From assembly GCA_021371955.1 (NCBI GenBank), contig JAJFVD010000014.1, positions 20,538-84,537 of the forward strand: 64,000 nt of DNA, written 5' to 3'. Numbering within the stretch: the stretch's first letter is position 1; the number at the start of each line of letters is the position of its first letter. Below are positions 54,578-64,000 of this stretch, one piece after another. A model generated the notes under the pieces. The model had not been told where the DNA came from and searched no databases. It worked only from the letters and a program-made list of their open reading frames with translations. This DNA is from Bacteroidales bacterium. GTDB lineage: Bacteria > Bacteroidota > Bacteroidia > Bacteroidales > UBA932. The translations under genes were made by a program, and so were the position numbers.

Positions 54578-56101
54578 ATGAATAATAGAACTTTGAAACG
54601 CGCGTTAATCTCTGTTTACCACAAAGATGGTATTGAACCTATAGCCCGGAAATTAATTTCTCTGGGTGTTGAACTTTTATCAACCGGAGGAACATATGAT
54701 TTCCTCAAAGGGCTTGCTCTTCCTGTAACAGCTGTTGAAGATGTAACCGGCTACCCTTCTATTCTGGGAGGTCGCGTTAAAACTCTTCATCCTAAAATTT
54801 TTGGCGGAATCCTCAGCCGCAGAGAAAATAAAAAGGATTGCGAACAAATTATTGAGTTCGAAATTCCTTCGATAGATCTGGTGATTGTGGACCTTTACCC
54901 CTTCGAGGAGTATGTTGCATCAAACTCACCTCATGAAGAAATTGTCGAAAAGATTGATATTGGAGGTATTTCCCTTATAAGAGCAGCTGCAAAGAATTAT
55001 AAGGATGTGATTATCGTGGCCTCTAAGGAACAATATCCCGCTTTGCAGGCAATTCTCGAAAAAGGCAGCGGAAGCAGTACAATTGAAGAGAGAAGATTTT
55101 TTGCAACTCAGGCTTTCAATGTAAGTTCCCACTACGACACTGCCATTTTCAAATATTTCAACAGAGAAGAGGCTGTGGACGCATTCAAGGAGAGCATCCT
55201 TGTTTCAAAGACACTCAGATATGGTGAGAATCCTCACCAGAAAGCACTTTACTTCGGTAACGAAGGCTCTTTGCCCGAACAACTGTGGGGAAAAGAGATT
55301 TCATACAACAACCTTCTGGATATTGAAGCAGCCATTGAACTCATTGGCGACTTCGAGGAGACGACTGTTGCAATTCTCAAGCACAATAACGCTTGCGGCT
55401 GCGCATCGAACGATAATCTCACCGATGCATGGAAAACTGCCCTTGCTGCCGATCCTGTATCGGCCTATGGCGGAATAATAATTTCAAATAAGAAAATAGA
55501 CAGCGCTACTGCAGCTGAAATGAATAAACTCTTTTTTGAAGTAGTGATTGCTCCTGGTTATGAGCCGGAAGCTCTTGCAATTCTCAAAGAGAAGAAAAAC
55601 AGAATTATTCTCGTTAATAACGGTGAAAAGCGGACCGAAACAAAATTCAGAAGTCTGCTTGGCGGTGCATTAATGCAGCAAAGGGACTCTGCCGTTGAGA
55701 ATGAACTGTCGCTCACCCCTGTAACAAAAACAGCTCCAAGTTCGAAAGAGGTGGAGGATTTGCTGTTTGCAAACAAACTGGTAAAACATTCTAAATCAAA
55801 CACAATCGTTCTCGCTCGCGACAAGTCGCTTCTTGCAAGCGGAGTGGGACAGACTTCAAGGGTGGATGCATTAAGGCAGGCAATAGCAAAAGCAGAGAGT
55901 TTCGGATTTACCTGTGCCGGATCGGTAATGGCTTCGGATGCCTTCTTCCCTTTTGCAGACTGTGTGGAAATTGCACACAAGGCAGGAGTCACCGCAGTTA
56001 TCCAGCCCGGAGGTTCTGTAAGGGACAGCGAAAGCACAGACTACTGCAACAATAACGGCCTGTCTATGGTAACAACCGGAATCAGGCACTTTAAACATTG
56101 A
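54578..56101 (+). CDS. purH: Bifunctional AICAR transformylase/IMP cyclohydrolase
   Basis: GGRVKTLHP, IDIGG, RYGENPHQ, SDAFFPF, QPGGS, RHFKH; start trimmed to ATG 54578. Confidence 0.97.
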   Translation: MNNRTLKRALISVYHKDGIEPIARKLISLGVELLSTGGTYDFLKGLALPVTAVEDVTGYPSILGGRVKTLHPKIFGGILSRRENKKDCEQIIEFEIPSIDLVIVDLYPFEEYVASNSPHEEIVEKIDIGGISLIRAAAKNYKDVIIVASKEQYPALQAILEKGSGSSTIEERRFFATQAFNVSSHYDTAIFKYFNREEAVDAFKESILVSKTLRYGENPHQKALYFGNEGSLPEQLWGKEISYNNLLDIEAAIELIGDFEETTVAILKHNNACGCASNDNLTDAWKTALAADPVSAYGGIIISNKKIDSATAAEMNKLFFEVVIAPGYEPEALAILKEKKNRIILVNNGEKRTETKFRSLLGGALMQQRDSAVENELSLTPVTKTAPSSKEVEDLLFANKLVKHSKSNTIVLARDKSLLASGVGQTSRVDALRQAIAKAESFGFTCAGSVMASDAFFPFADCVEIAHKAGVTAVIQPGGSVRDSESTDYCNNNGLSMVTTGIRHFKH

Positions 56102-56119
56102 TATATATAATATAATAAT

Positions 56120-57139
56120 ATGGCTTTCTCATTTTTAACACAGGAACTGGCTATAGACCTGGGTACAGCCAACACTATAATCCTTATGAACGATAAGGTT
56201 GTTGTGGACGAGCCCTCAATCGTGGCAATAGATCAAAACACCGGCAAACCAATCGCTTTTGGCCAAAAGGCAAGAATGATGCACGGAAAGACACACGCGA
56301 ACATTAAAACTGTGCGCCCTCTCCGGGACGGAGTAATTGCCGACTTCAACGCTGCAGAGGCAATGATTCGCGGATTTATCAAGATGATTAACACCCGCAA
56401 CTCGTTCTTCACTCCGAGTCTCAGACTGGTTGTATGTATCCCTTCGGGAAGTACCGAGGTTGAGATTCGTGCCGTACGTGACTCTTCCGAGCATGCAGGC
56501 GGCAGGGATGTATATTTGATTTATGAGCCAATGGCAGCGGCTCTTGGTATCGGGCTGGATGTAGAGGCCCCTACCGGAAACATGGTGGTTGACATTGGAG
56601 GCGGTACAACAGAGATTGCGGTAATTTCGCTGGGAGGAATTGTTTTTAACCAGAGCATACGAATTGCAGGCGATGTGTTTACCAATGAGATTCAGCAGTA
56701 CATGCGTCAGCAGCACAACATCAAAATAGGAGAACTCACTGCCGAGGACATTAAGATTCGCGTTGGTGCTGCCCTTTCCGAACTTGATGAATATCCGGAA
56801 CCATACGTAGTGAGAGGTCCTAACCTCATGACTGCACACCCTGTTGAGGTGAGCGTTACAAGCCAGGAAATTGCCCACTGCATAGACAAGTCGCTTGCAA
56901 AAATTGAAGCTGCGGTTATCACCGTACTTGAGCAGACTCCACCGGAGCTTTATGCAGATATCGTTCAGAGAGGAATCTTCCTCACTGGCGGAGGTGCACT
57001 TCTAAGAGGTCTTGACAAGAGGCTGACAGAAAAAATAAATATTAAGTTTCAGGTATCCGACGATCCGCTTCATGCAGTTGCAAGAGGCACAGCAATAGCA
57101 CTTAAGAATTGCAATAAGTTCCCATTCTTAATACGCTGA
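56120..57139 (+). CDS. mreB: Rod shape-determining protein MreB
   Basis: DLGTAN, DIGGGT, GGGALL. Confidence 0.97.
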   Translation: MAFSFLTQELAIDLGTANTIILMNDKVVVDEPSIVAIDQNTGKPIAFGQKARMMHGKTHANIKTVRPLRDGVIADFNAAEAMIRGFIKMINTRNSFFTPSLRLVVCIPSGSTEVEIRAVRDSSEHAGGRDVYLIYEPMAAALGIGLDVEAPTGNMVVDIGGGTTEIAVISLGGIVFNQSIRIAGDVFTNEIQQYMRQQHNIKIGELTAEDIKIRVGAALSELDEYPEPYVVRGPNLMTAHPVEVSVTSQEIAHCIDKSLAKIEAAVITVLEQTPPELYADIVQRGIFLTGGGALLRGLDKRLTEKINIKFQVSDDPLHAVARGTAIALKNCNKFPFLIR

Positions 57140-57140
57140 T

Positions 57141-58004
57141 TTGATGGCAAAAAGGTCTCCCAATCTTGACAGACTTTACGCTCTGTTGCTTTTTATTGTT
57201 TTGGAGATTGTCGCACTGATGATGATCTCAAACGATTCGTTCTTTCAACAGGTAAAGATTGGCGGAGTCTACATGGGAATCAGGGGGTCTTTTAGCAAAG
57301 CAGGTTCGGAAATGAAATACTTTGTTAACCTCAAAAAGGTGAACGAAGAACTAAATTTGGAAAACGAGGCGCTGCTGGCAGAAATAGAGCGGTACAAGCG
57401 TTATGTGGAAATAACCGATACAACAGATACCACCGGCATATCATTTGTGCCGGCGGCTGTTGACAGTGTGAAGCCGCAGTTTACATATATCTCTGCAAAA
57501 ATTGTCTCCAACGGGACAAACAAAAAGCACAATTTCATTATAATTGACAAAGGAAGGGACAGTGGGGTTGAAGAAGATATGGGTGTTGTATCGCCCAACG
57601 GTGTTGTTGGAGTTGTGAGTTCTGTTTCGAACAGCTATGCATATGTTATTTCCATGCTCAATGTTAACCAGAGCGTGAGTGCAAAAATAGGAAAGTCCGG
57701 AGCCTTTGGCCCGCTTATCTGGGACGGAAAGAGGGCCGATTATGCCCTTCTCACCGAAATACCTCAGCATATCCGGTTCGCAGTTGGAGATACTGTTTAC
57801 ACAAGCGGTTTCTCTACTCTCTTTCCGGAAAACATTCCTATAGGAACAATAAGGAAATCAAAGATAATCAAGGGTACACACCACGAAATAAAAGTTAAGC
57901 TTTTTGAGGAGTTCCGGACGCTTAAATTTGTGAGAGTAGTTGAAAATCATGATAAAAACGAGATAAAGGGAATAAGCAATCCTGATGAATCCAAAGATAA
58001 ATAA
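57141..58004 (+). CDS. mreC: Rod shape-determining protein MreC
   Basis: TM plus coiled coil; IDKG...GV..DMGV, GDTVYTSG; operon position. Confidence 0.92.
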   Translation: MMAKRSPNLDRLYALLLFIVLEIVALMMISNDSFFQQVKIGGVYMGIRGSFSKAGSEMKYFVNLKKVNEELNLENEALLAEIERYKRYVEITDTTDTTGISFVPAAVDSVKPQFTYISAKIVSNGTNKKHNFIIIDKGRDSGVEEDMGVVSPNGVVGVVSSVSNSYAYVISMLNVNQSVSAKIGKSGAFGPLIWDGKRADYALLTEIPQHIRFAVGDTVYTSGFSTLFPENIPIGTIRKSKIIKGTHHEIKVKLFEEFRTLKFVRVVENHDKNEIKGISNPDESKDK

Positions 58005-58500
58005 TACCGTACTGTTTTTCAGCTTTCTGCTGGCCCAGATGCTAATTTCGAACTTCGTCGACTTTGGGCCGATGCTCTTTATTGCCATATACCCTCTTTT
58101 TATCATCACCCTCCCTACAAGTATCTCACTGGTTTCTGTACTCCTTTGGGGATTTGCAATGGGATTCAGCATAGACATCCTGTATAGCGGAGTAGCCGGA
58201 ATGAATACTGCTGCTGCCGTTATGCTTGCTTTTCTAAGGGAACCGGTGTTAATGCTTTTTATGAGAAAAGGAGAGGTGGACAGTCAGATACGTCCCGGAA
58301 TGGCAGAAATGGGTTTCTCCCGTTTCCTTGTATATTCCGCAATTTCTCTTCTCATTTTCCTTGTCACATTTATTTTTATCGAAAGTCTTTCCATAACCTA
58401 TTTTATAGGCAATCTTCCAAGACTTGCCGTTAGTTTTACAGTAAATATGCTTTTGCTTCTTTTGCTGGAATTTGGCATTTTTTACAAAAACTGGAGATAA
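57985..58500 (+). CDS. mreD: Rod shape-determining protein MreD
   Basis: About 5 TM helices; lies between mreC and mrdA. Confidence 0.85.
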   Translation: MNPKINNTVLFFSFLLAQMLISNFVDFGPMLFIAIYPLFIITLPTSISLVSVLLWGFAMGFSIDILYSGVAGMNTAAAVMLAFLREPVLMLFMRKGEVDSQIRPGMAEMGFSRFLVYSAISLLIFLVTFIFIESLSITYFIGNLPRLAVSFTVNMLLLLLLEFGIFYKNWR

Positions 58501-58512
58501 CGAACCACTAAT

Positions 58513-60342
58513 ATGGGAGTAGAGTTAAAGAAAAAGAATATTCTCATAATTGGAATTATTGCAGCGGCGGTTGTGATAGTGCTTCAGCTTTTTAACCTCC
58601 AGATTATAGACGAAGAGTATAAAATAACAGCGAGCAACAATGCTTTCCGTTACGATATCCGATATCCTGCCAGAGGTATTATTTACGACCGAAACGGAAA
58701 GATTCTGGTCGGGAACGAGACTGCATACGATATAATGATTACTCCATACGAGGTAAAAGATCCGGATACGCTGGACCTTTGCAGGATATTCAATTTGGAT
58801 ATCGCTGATGTGAGGCAGACTCTAAAGGAATATCGTAAAAACAGGAGAAGAATAGGTTTTCAGTCACTCCCTTTTGTTAAACAGGTTTCACCTGCACAAT
58901 ATGCTATATTTCTTGAGAAATCATATAAGTTCCCCGGGTTCAGCGCAGTTTCCAGGACCATCCGCAGCTATCCGTACAATGCCTGCGGAAATCTGCTTGG
59001 ATATATAACCGAGGTGGATACTTCCTTTATCCGCAAAAACCCGGAGTACAAAAGAGGCGACTATGTTGGCCGGACAGGCATGGAACAATCCTATGAGGGA
59101 ATCCTCAGGGGAGAAAAGGGTTATAATATTTTCCTGAGGGACGTGCATAACAAGATTAAATCCAGTTTTGCCGAGGGAAAGTACGACAAGGAGGCTATTC
59201 CGGGCAAAAATATTACCTCTTCCATTGATGCAGAGCTTCAGCAGTATGTGGAGAGTCTCATGGTTAATAAGGTTGGAAGCGTTGTTGCAATAGAGCCCTC
59301 TACCGGAGAAATACTCACCCTCGTTTCCAGCCCCGGAATAGATGTCTCAAAACTAGCATCAATCAATAAGTTTTATGCAGAGATTGTTACCGATCCTCTG
59401 AAACCAATGTTCAACAGGGCTGTAATGGCTCCATATCCTCCGGGCTCTGTGTTTAAGCTGGTAAATGGCCTCATAGCACTTCAGGAGGGGGTGATTGACA
59501 CAACTCTCACCTACCCTTGCTTTGGCGGGTATAAGATAGGCAGAGGTGTTGCCTGTCACTCGCATCCGTCGCCTACAAATCTTACATCGTCCATAATGAT
59601 GTCCTGCAATGCATATTATGCCAATGCTTTCCGCCGGACAATGGACAATCCCGCATACCCCAGTGTTACCGCTGCATTTTCGAAGTGGAAGGAGTATGTG
59701 GAAAGTTTTGGTTTTGGGACAAAGCTTGGAAGCGACCTTCCGTCTGAACAGGCAGGGGTTCTTCCATCTACAAAATTGTATGACAAGATTCACGGCAAGA
59801 ACCGGTGGAAATCTCTTTCAATAATATCTCTTTCAATTGGTCAGGGCGAGATAGGCACAACACCTCTCCACCTTGCAAACCTAGCGGCAACAATTGCAAA
59901 CAGAGGATACTACTATACTCCTCACATGGTTAAAAGCGCAGAGGACACGACAATAACGGCAGATTATTCCCAAAAGCACTATACTAAAGTGGACCCCGAG
60001 AATTTCAAAAAGATAATTCACGGGATGTATCTGGCAGTAAATGCGCCTCCTGGTTCAGGAGCAACCGGGCGTATTGCAGCGGTTCCCGGTCTTGAAATTT
60101 GCGGAAAGACAGGTACTGAACAAAACCCTCACGGGAAGGACCACTCGGTATTTATCTGCTTTGCACCAAAGGATAACCCAAAAATTGCCGTTGTTGCATA
60201 TATTGAAAATGCCGGTTTCGGAGCCACCTGGGCAGCACCTATTGCCTCTTTGCTTGTAGAGCGTTATCTCACAGGCAAGGTTGAACGTGCCGAGCTTGAG
60301 GCATATATTATGTCTGCAAACCTTATCCAGAAAGTACTATAG
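58513..60342 (+). CDS. mrdA: Penicillin-binding protein 2
   Basis: PARGIIYDRNG, YPPGSVFK, SCN, KTGT. Confidence 0.95.
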   Translation: MGVELKKKNILIIGIIAAAVVIVLQLFNLQIIDEEYKITASNNAFRYDIRYPARGIIYDRNGKILVGNETAYDIMITPYEVKDPDTLDLCRIFNLDIADVRQTLKEYRKNRRRIGFQSLPFVKQVSPAQYAIFLEKSYKFPGFSAVSRTIRSYPYNACGNLLGYITEVDTSFIRKNPEYKRGDYVGRTGMEQSYEGILRGEKGYNIFLRDVHNKIKSSFAEGKYDKEAIPGKNITSSIDAELQQYVESLMVNKVGSVVAIEPSTGEILTLVSSPGIDVSKLASINKFYAEIVTDPLKPMFNRAVMAPYPPGSVFKLVNGLIALQEGVIDTTLTYPCFGGYKIGRGVACHSHPSPTNLTSSIMMSCNAYYANAFRRTMDNPAYPSVTAAFSKWKEYVESFGFGTKLGSDLPSEQAGVLPSTKLYDKIHGKNRWKSLSIISLSIGQGEIGTTPLHLANLAATIANRGYYYTPHMVKSAEDTTITADYSQKHYTKVDPENFKKIIHGMYLAVNAPPGSGATGRIAAVPGLEICGKTGTEQNPHGKDHSVFICFAPKDNPKIAVVAYIENAGFGATWAAPIASLLVERYLTGKVERAELEAYIMSANLIQKVL

Positions 60343-60343
60343 C

Positions 60344-61774
60344 ATGAATACAGGAAACCTCTTATACAAGAAGCTGGACTGGCCGCTGATAATCACCTAT
60401 CTGGCACTGGTGATGATTGGCTGGATAAGTGTCTTCTCTTCGGTTTATGACGAGGAACATGCTCAAATATTTGACATTTCGCAAAGGTACGGGATGCAGT
60501 TTATATGGATTGTGAGTTCACTTGTTCTGGCCTCGCTCATATTATTTGTAATTAATCCTAAACTCTACGACGTGCTTGCATGGGCAATATACCTTGGCGG
60601 AATATTGCTGCTGCTCGCGGTTGTCTTTATTGGTGTTGAGGTAAACGGCTCCAAATCCTGGTTTATGATAGGGCCTGTGAGGTTTCAGCCTGCAGAGCTT
60701 TCCAAAATAGGGACAAGTCTTGCGCTGGCATCGCTCATGAGCAGCTACAATTTTAAAATGAAATCGTTTTCGGGGATGCTGCGTATTGCACTTATCATTC
60801 TAATCCCCATGCTACTTATTGTCCTCGAAAAGGAGACCGGCTCGGCTCTGGTTTATGTGAGTTTTGTCCTTATGCTGTATCGCGAAGGGTTGAACGGATG
60901 GTATCTTACATTCGGATTTTTGGGTATACTTCTTTTTCTTGTTACCCTCTCATTCTCTCCTTTTGTAGCAATCATTCTTCTTTTTGGACTAATGGTAATA
61001 GCAAAAACTTTTATATCAAAAAAAATATTCCCGCACCTGATATTTCTTGTAGTATTTATCCCTGTTCTCATCTTTTGTCCCCGACTGGGAGAACTTAAGT
61101 TTTTATCCTTTGCGTCGTCTCTCACAGATGTAGAGTGGCTTGCATTATTTATAGGGCCTGTTCTCATATCTCAGATATACATTGCCTTAAAGGAGAGGAT
61201 TGGATACTTGTGGTATATAATCACTTGTTTTTTAGTATCAACCGTACTGATATTTTCTGTTCAGTTTTTCTTCGAAAGGGTGTTGCAGGACCACCAAAGG
61301 GCAAGGATTGAAAATCTGCTCGGCATACAGGAAGATTTGCAGGGAGCAGGATATAATGTTCATCAATCGAAAATTGCTATCGGCTCGGGCGGTTTCTGGG
61401 GAAAAGGATTCCTCAATGGCACGCAGACTAAGTTTAATTTTGTACCCGAGCAGAGTACAGACTTTATCTTTTGCACAGTGGGTGAAGAGTGGGGTTTTGT
61501 TGGCTCTTTTGTTGTAGTTGCGCTATACCTGTTTATGATGGTGCGCATTATTAATCTTGCGGAAAAACAGAAGGACAACTTCACGAGGCTTTACGGCTAC
61601 TGCCTTGCATCGGTGATATTCTTCCACTTCTTTATTAACCTCGGAATGACAATTGGGATTATGCCTGTAATAGGAATCCCCCTTCCTTTTGTAAGTTACG
61701 GGGGATCCTCATTATGGGCTTTTACGATATTTCTGTTTATTTTTATTCGCTTAGATCTGGAGAGATGGAGGTAG
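60344..61774 (+). CDS. rodA: SEDS peptidoglycan polymerase RodA
   Basis: QPAELSK, QSKIAIGSGG, PEQSTDFIF, LPFVSYGGSS; start trimmed to ATG 60344. Confidence 0.95.
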   Translation: MNTGNLLYKKLDWPLIITYLALVMIGWISVFSSVYDEEHAQIFDISQRYGMQFIWIVSSLVLASLILFVINPKLYDVLAWAIYLGGILLLLAVVFIGVEVNGSKSWFMIGPVRFQPAELSKIGTSLALASLMSSYNFKMKSFSGMLRIALIILIPMLLIVLEKETGSALVYVSFVLMLYREGLNGWYLTFGFLGILLFLVTLSFSPFVAIILLFGLMVIAKTFISKKIFPHLIFLVVFIPVLIFCPRLGELKFLSFASSLTDVEWLALFIGPVLISQIYIALKERIGYLWYIITCFLVSTVLIFSVQFFFERVLQDHQRARIENLLGIQEDLQGAGYNVHQSKIAIGSGGFWGKGFLNGTQTKFNFVPEQSTDFIFCTVGEEWGFVGSFVVVALYLFMMVRIINLAEKQKDNFTRLYGYCLASVIFFHFFINLGMTIGIMPVIGIPLPFVSYGGSSLWAFTIFLFIFIRLDLERWR

Positions 61775-62303
61775 TGTCTTCATCTGTTTCGAATTTGGCA
61801 TCCGATGTAAGATAAATCATTATCACTCCTTTAGCTAGTTTTTCTCTTTCCTTTACAAGAATTTTTTCAACTGTTCCGTCAAAAGGGGCAAGAATAATGT
61901 TTTGCATTTTCATTGCCTCGTATATCATGAGCTCTTCTCCTTTTTGAACATGGTCGCCCTCCTTTACAGTAAAGGAAGTAACAACTCCGGGGATAACCGA
62001 TTTGATTTCCTGAAGGTCCGGTTTTTTCCAAACTTTCCGGTTCCTGTACTTTGTTGTATAGGTGGTCTTGTATTTGCGGGCATCCGGGGAAATCTGAAGA
62101 ATCTCAAAATTCTTTTCATTACCCGATATGTCTGTGTGAGAAATGTGTTTACCCTTAAGGCTTTTGGCTTTTTTCTCTTCAAGCCTCTTAGCTTTCTCTT
62201 CGTGTTTCATTATTCTCTCTTTGAGTTTTTTCTCTCTCTTCTGTTCACGCTCCTCAACCTTCAGCCGTTTTTCGACTAAAGCCCTTTTTTCTTCCATTTT
62301 CAT
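61743..62303 (-). CDS. Biotin carboxyl carrier protein with charged N-terminal extension
   Basis: EAMKM biotinylation motif; about 50-aa E/K/R-rich N-terminus. Confidence 0.85.
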   Translation of the reverse strand: MKMEEKRALVEKRLKVEEREQKREKKLKERIMKHEEKAKRLEEKKAKSLKGKHISHTDISGNEKNFEILQISPDARKYKTTYTTKYRNRKVWKKPDLQEIKSVIPGVVTSFTVKEGDHVQKGEELMIYEAMKMQNIILAPFDGTVEKILVKEREKLAKGVIMIYLTSDAKFETDEDTTSISPDLSE

Positions 62304-62320
62304 AATAGTTTATTTATATG

Positions 62321-63868
62321 TTAAAATGGTGGAATTCCGTGCTTTTTCTTAGGCCTTTTAACCTCTTTGTTAAGAGAGACTTCAAGTGAATGAATAAGGA
62401 ATTTCCTGGTATCTACAGGCTCAATTACAGAGTCAATATAACCTTTAGCTGCTGCAACATATGGATTGGCAAACTTTTGTTTGTACTCCTCAACTTTTTG
62501 TTTGCGCATTGCCTCAGGATCTTCGGCCTCCATTATCTCTTTGCGGAAAATAATATTGGCTGCACCTTCCGGCCCCATTACTGCTATTTCGGCAGTTGGC
62601 CATGCAAATACAAAATCGGCTCTAAGGTGACGGGAGTTCATGGCAATGTATCCTCCGCCATATGCTTTTCTGAGGATTACGGTTACTTTTGGAACAGTTG
62701 CTTCGCTGTATGCATAAAGCAGTTTAGCTCCGTGGCGGATAACTCCTGCATGCTCCTGATCTACGCCCGGAAGGTATCCCGGCATATCCTCAAGTGTTAC
62801 AATAGGAATTTCAAAGGCATCGCAATAGCGTATGAATCTAGCAGCTTTGTCCGATGAGTCGCAGTCGAGCACACCTGCAAGTACAAGCGGCTGGTTGGCA
62901 ACAAAACCTACAGTTCTTCCGTTTATGCGGCCGTATCCTATTACAATGTTTGCGGCCCACATCTCCTGAACCTCAAAGAATTCGGAAGAGTCTGTCACTG
63001 CACGTATCACATCTCTTACGTCGTATGGCTTTGTTGGGTCAACAGGAACAATTTTGTCAATTTTAAGTTTTTTGTCCGGCTCGGCAACTTTGCCTTTTTC
63101 ACATCTTGCCTCGTTATGTGCCGGGATGTAATCGAGCAGGGTTTTAATTTGCTGGAAACACTCTGCCTCGCTGTTTGCAAAGAAGTGTGCATTCCCTGTT
63201 ATTTCGCTGTGAACTCTTGCTCCGCCCAGAGCCTCCATATCTATCTCCTCGCCAAGTACCGATTTTATTACCTCGGGGCCTGTAATGAACATTTTGGAAA
63301 TCTTGTCAACTACAAATACGTAGTCGGTGAGTGCCGGAGAATAAACTGCTCCGCCAGCACAAGGGCCAAGGATAACCGAAAGTTGCGGAATAACGCCGCT
63401 TGCCATAGTGTTTCTGAAGAATATTTCGCCATAACCTGCGAGTGAATTAACACCCTCCTGAATACGCGCTCCGCCTGAGTCGTTAATCCCGATTAAAGGA
63501 ATCCTCATTCTTAGTGCATAGTCCATTATTTTGGTGATTTTTCTGGCATGCATCATACCCAGCGAACCTCCGGCAACAGTAAAGTCCTGCGCATAGATTG
63601 CGACAGGCTTCCCGTTTATAGTTCCGGTTCCAATAACAACTCCGTCTCCTGCAAGATCTTTACCCTCCATTCCAAAACCTCTTGCTTCGTGCTCGATAAA
63701 GAGGTCATACTCGTAAAATGATCCCGGGTCCAGAAGTTGATTGATTCTCTCGCGTGCAGGTAGCTTTCCCATTGCTATCTGTTTGGCAATTGCCGAAGCA
63801 CCGCCTCCCTGTACAGCTTTGGCTGTTCTCTCCTGCAGTTCAGAGATTTTTCTGCTTAATAAACTCAT
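62321..63868 (-). CDS. pccB: Acyl-CoA carboxylase carboxyltransferase subunit (PccB/MmdA-like)
   Basis: DSGGARIQEG, GPCAGG, LRKAYGG, KHG.PPF. Confidence 0.9.
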   Translation of the reverse strand: MSLLSRKISELQERTAKAVQGGGASAIAKQIAMGKLPARERINQLLDPGSFYEYDLFIEHEARGFGMEGKDLAGDGVVIGTGTINGKPVAIYAQDFTVAGGSLGMMHARKITKIMDYALRMRIPLIGINDSGGARIQEGVNSLAGYGEIFFRNTMASGVIPQLSVILGPCAGGAVYSPALTDYVFVVDKISKMFITGPEVIKSVLGEEIDMEALGGARVHSEITGNAHFFANSEAECFQQIKTLLDYIPAHNEARCEKGKVAEPDKKLKIDKIVPVDPTKPYDVRDVIRAVTDSSEFFEVQEMWAANIVIGYGRINGRTVGFVANQPLVLAGVLDCDSSDKAARFIRYCDAFEIPIVTLEDMPGYLPGVDQEHAGVIRHGAKLLYAYSEATVPKVTVILRKAYGGGYIAMNSRHLRADFVFAWPTAEIAVMGPEGAANIIFRKEIMEAEDPEAMRKQKVEEYKQKFANPYVAAAKGYIDSVIEPVDTRKFLIHSLEVSLNKEVKRPKKKHGIPPF

Positions 63869-64000
63869 AGAATTTTATTTTAGTACTCACAAAAATATGA
63901 AAATATTTTAATTCACAAATTTTGATAATTATTCACTACATTTGTAGGATAATCTGATATTAATAATCTAATCAATAGTACTATATGTCACTTTCATTCG

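Noticed and set aside
1-64000. rRNA, tRNA, riboswitches, transposases, prophage genes
   Set aside because: None recognised by eye; an Infernal/tRNAscan run would be needed to exclude small RNAs formally.

Overview
Chromosomal segment of a Bacteroidales-type bacterium (SusC/SusD pair, TAnnTTTG promoters). 1-25 kb is mostly accessory: OFA transporter, MNT-HEPN toxin-antitoxin pair, ECF sigma modules, a SusC/D locus with a PHP phosphoesterase, an orphan type V pilin, an ASCH pair, GH16 and two tandem uncharacterised His/Cys paralogs. 25-64 kb is mostly housekeeping: DEAD-box helicase, trehalose genes, radA, trpB2 with a Trp attenuator, prmC, ddl, PBP1A, topA, ispD, purH, mreBCD-mrdA-rodA and acyl-CoA carboxylase subunits. 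I recognised no rRNA, tRNA, CRISPR array or transposase. The main unexplained signal is a family of 11 intergenic ~105-110 bp elements between 14.5 and 41.1 kb. Each has two inverted arms (consensus about CCCCWGGGG-N5-TG[G/T]TA) whose core centres are always 94-96 bp apart. Arm sequences differ between copies but stay complementary within a copy, a weaker inner inverted motif is shared, and many copies are flanked by tandem stutters of their own ends and by strand-biased C-rich/G-rich tracts. All coordinates and spacings were counted by hand; protein names come from motif recognition, not database searches.
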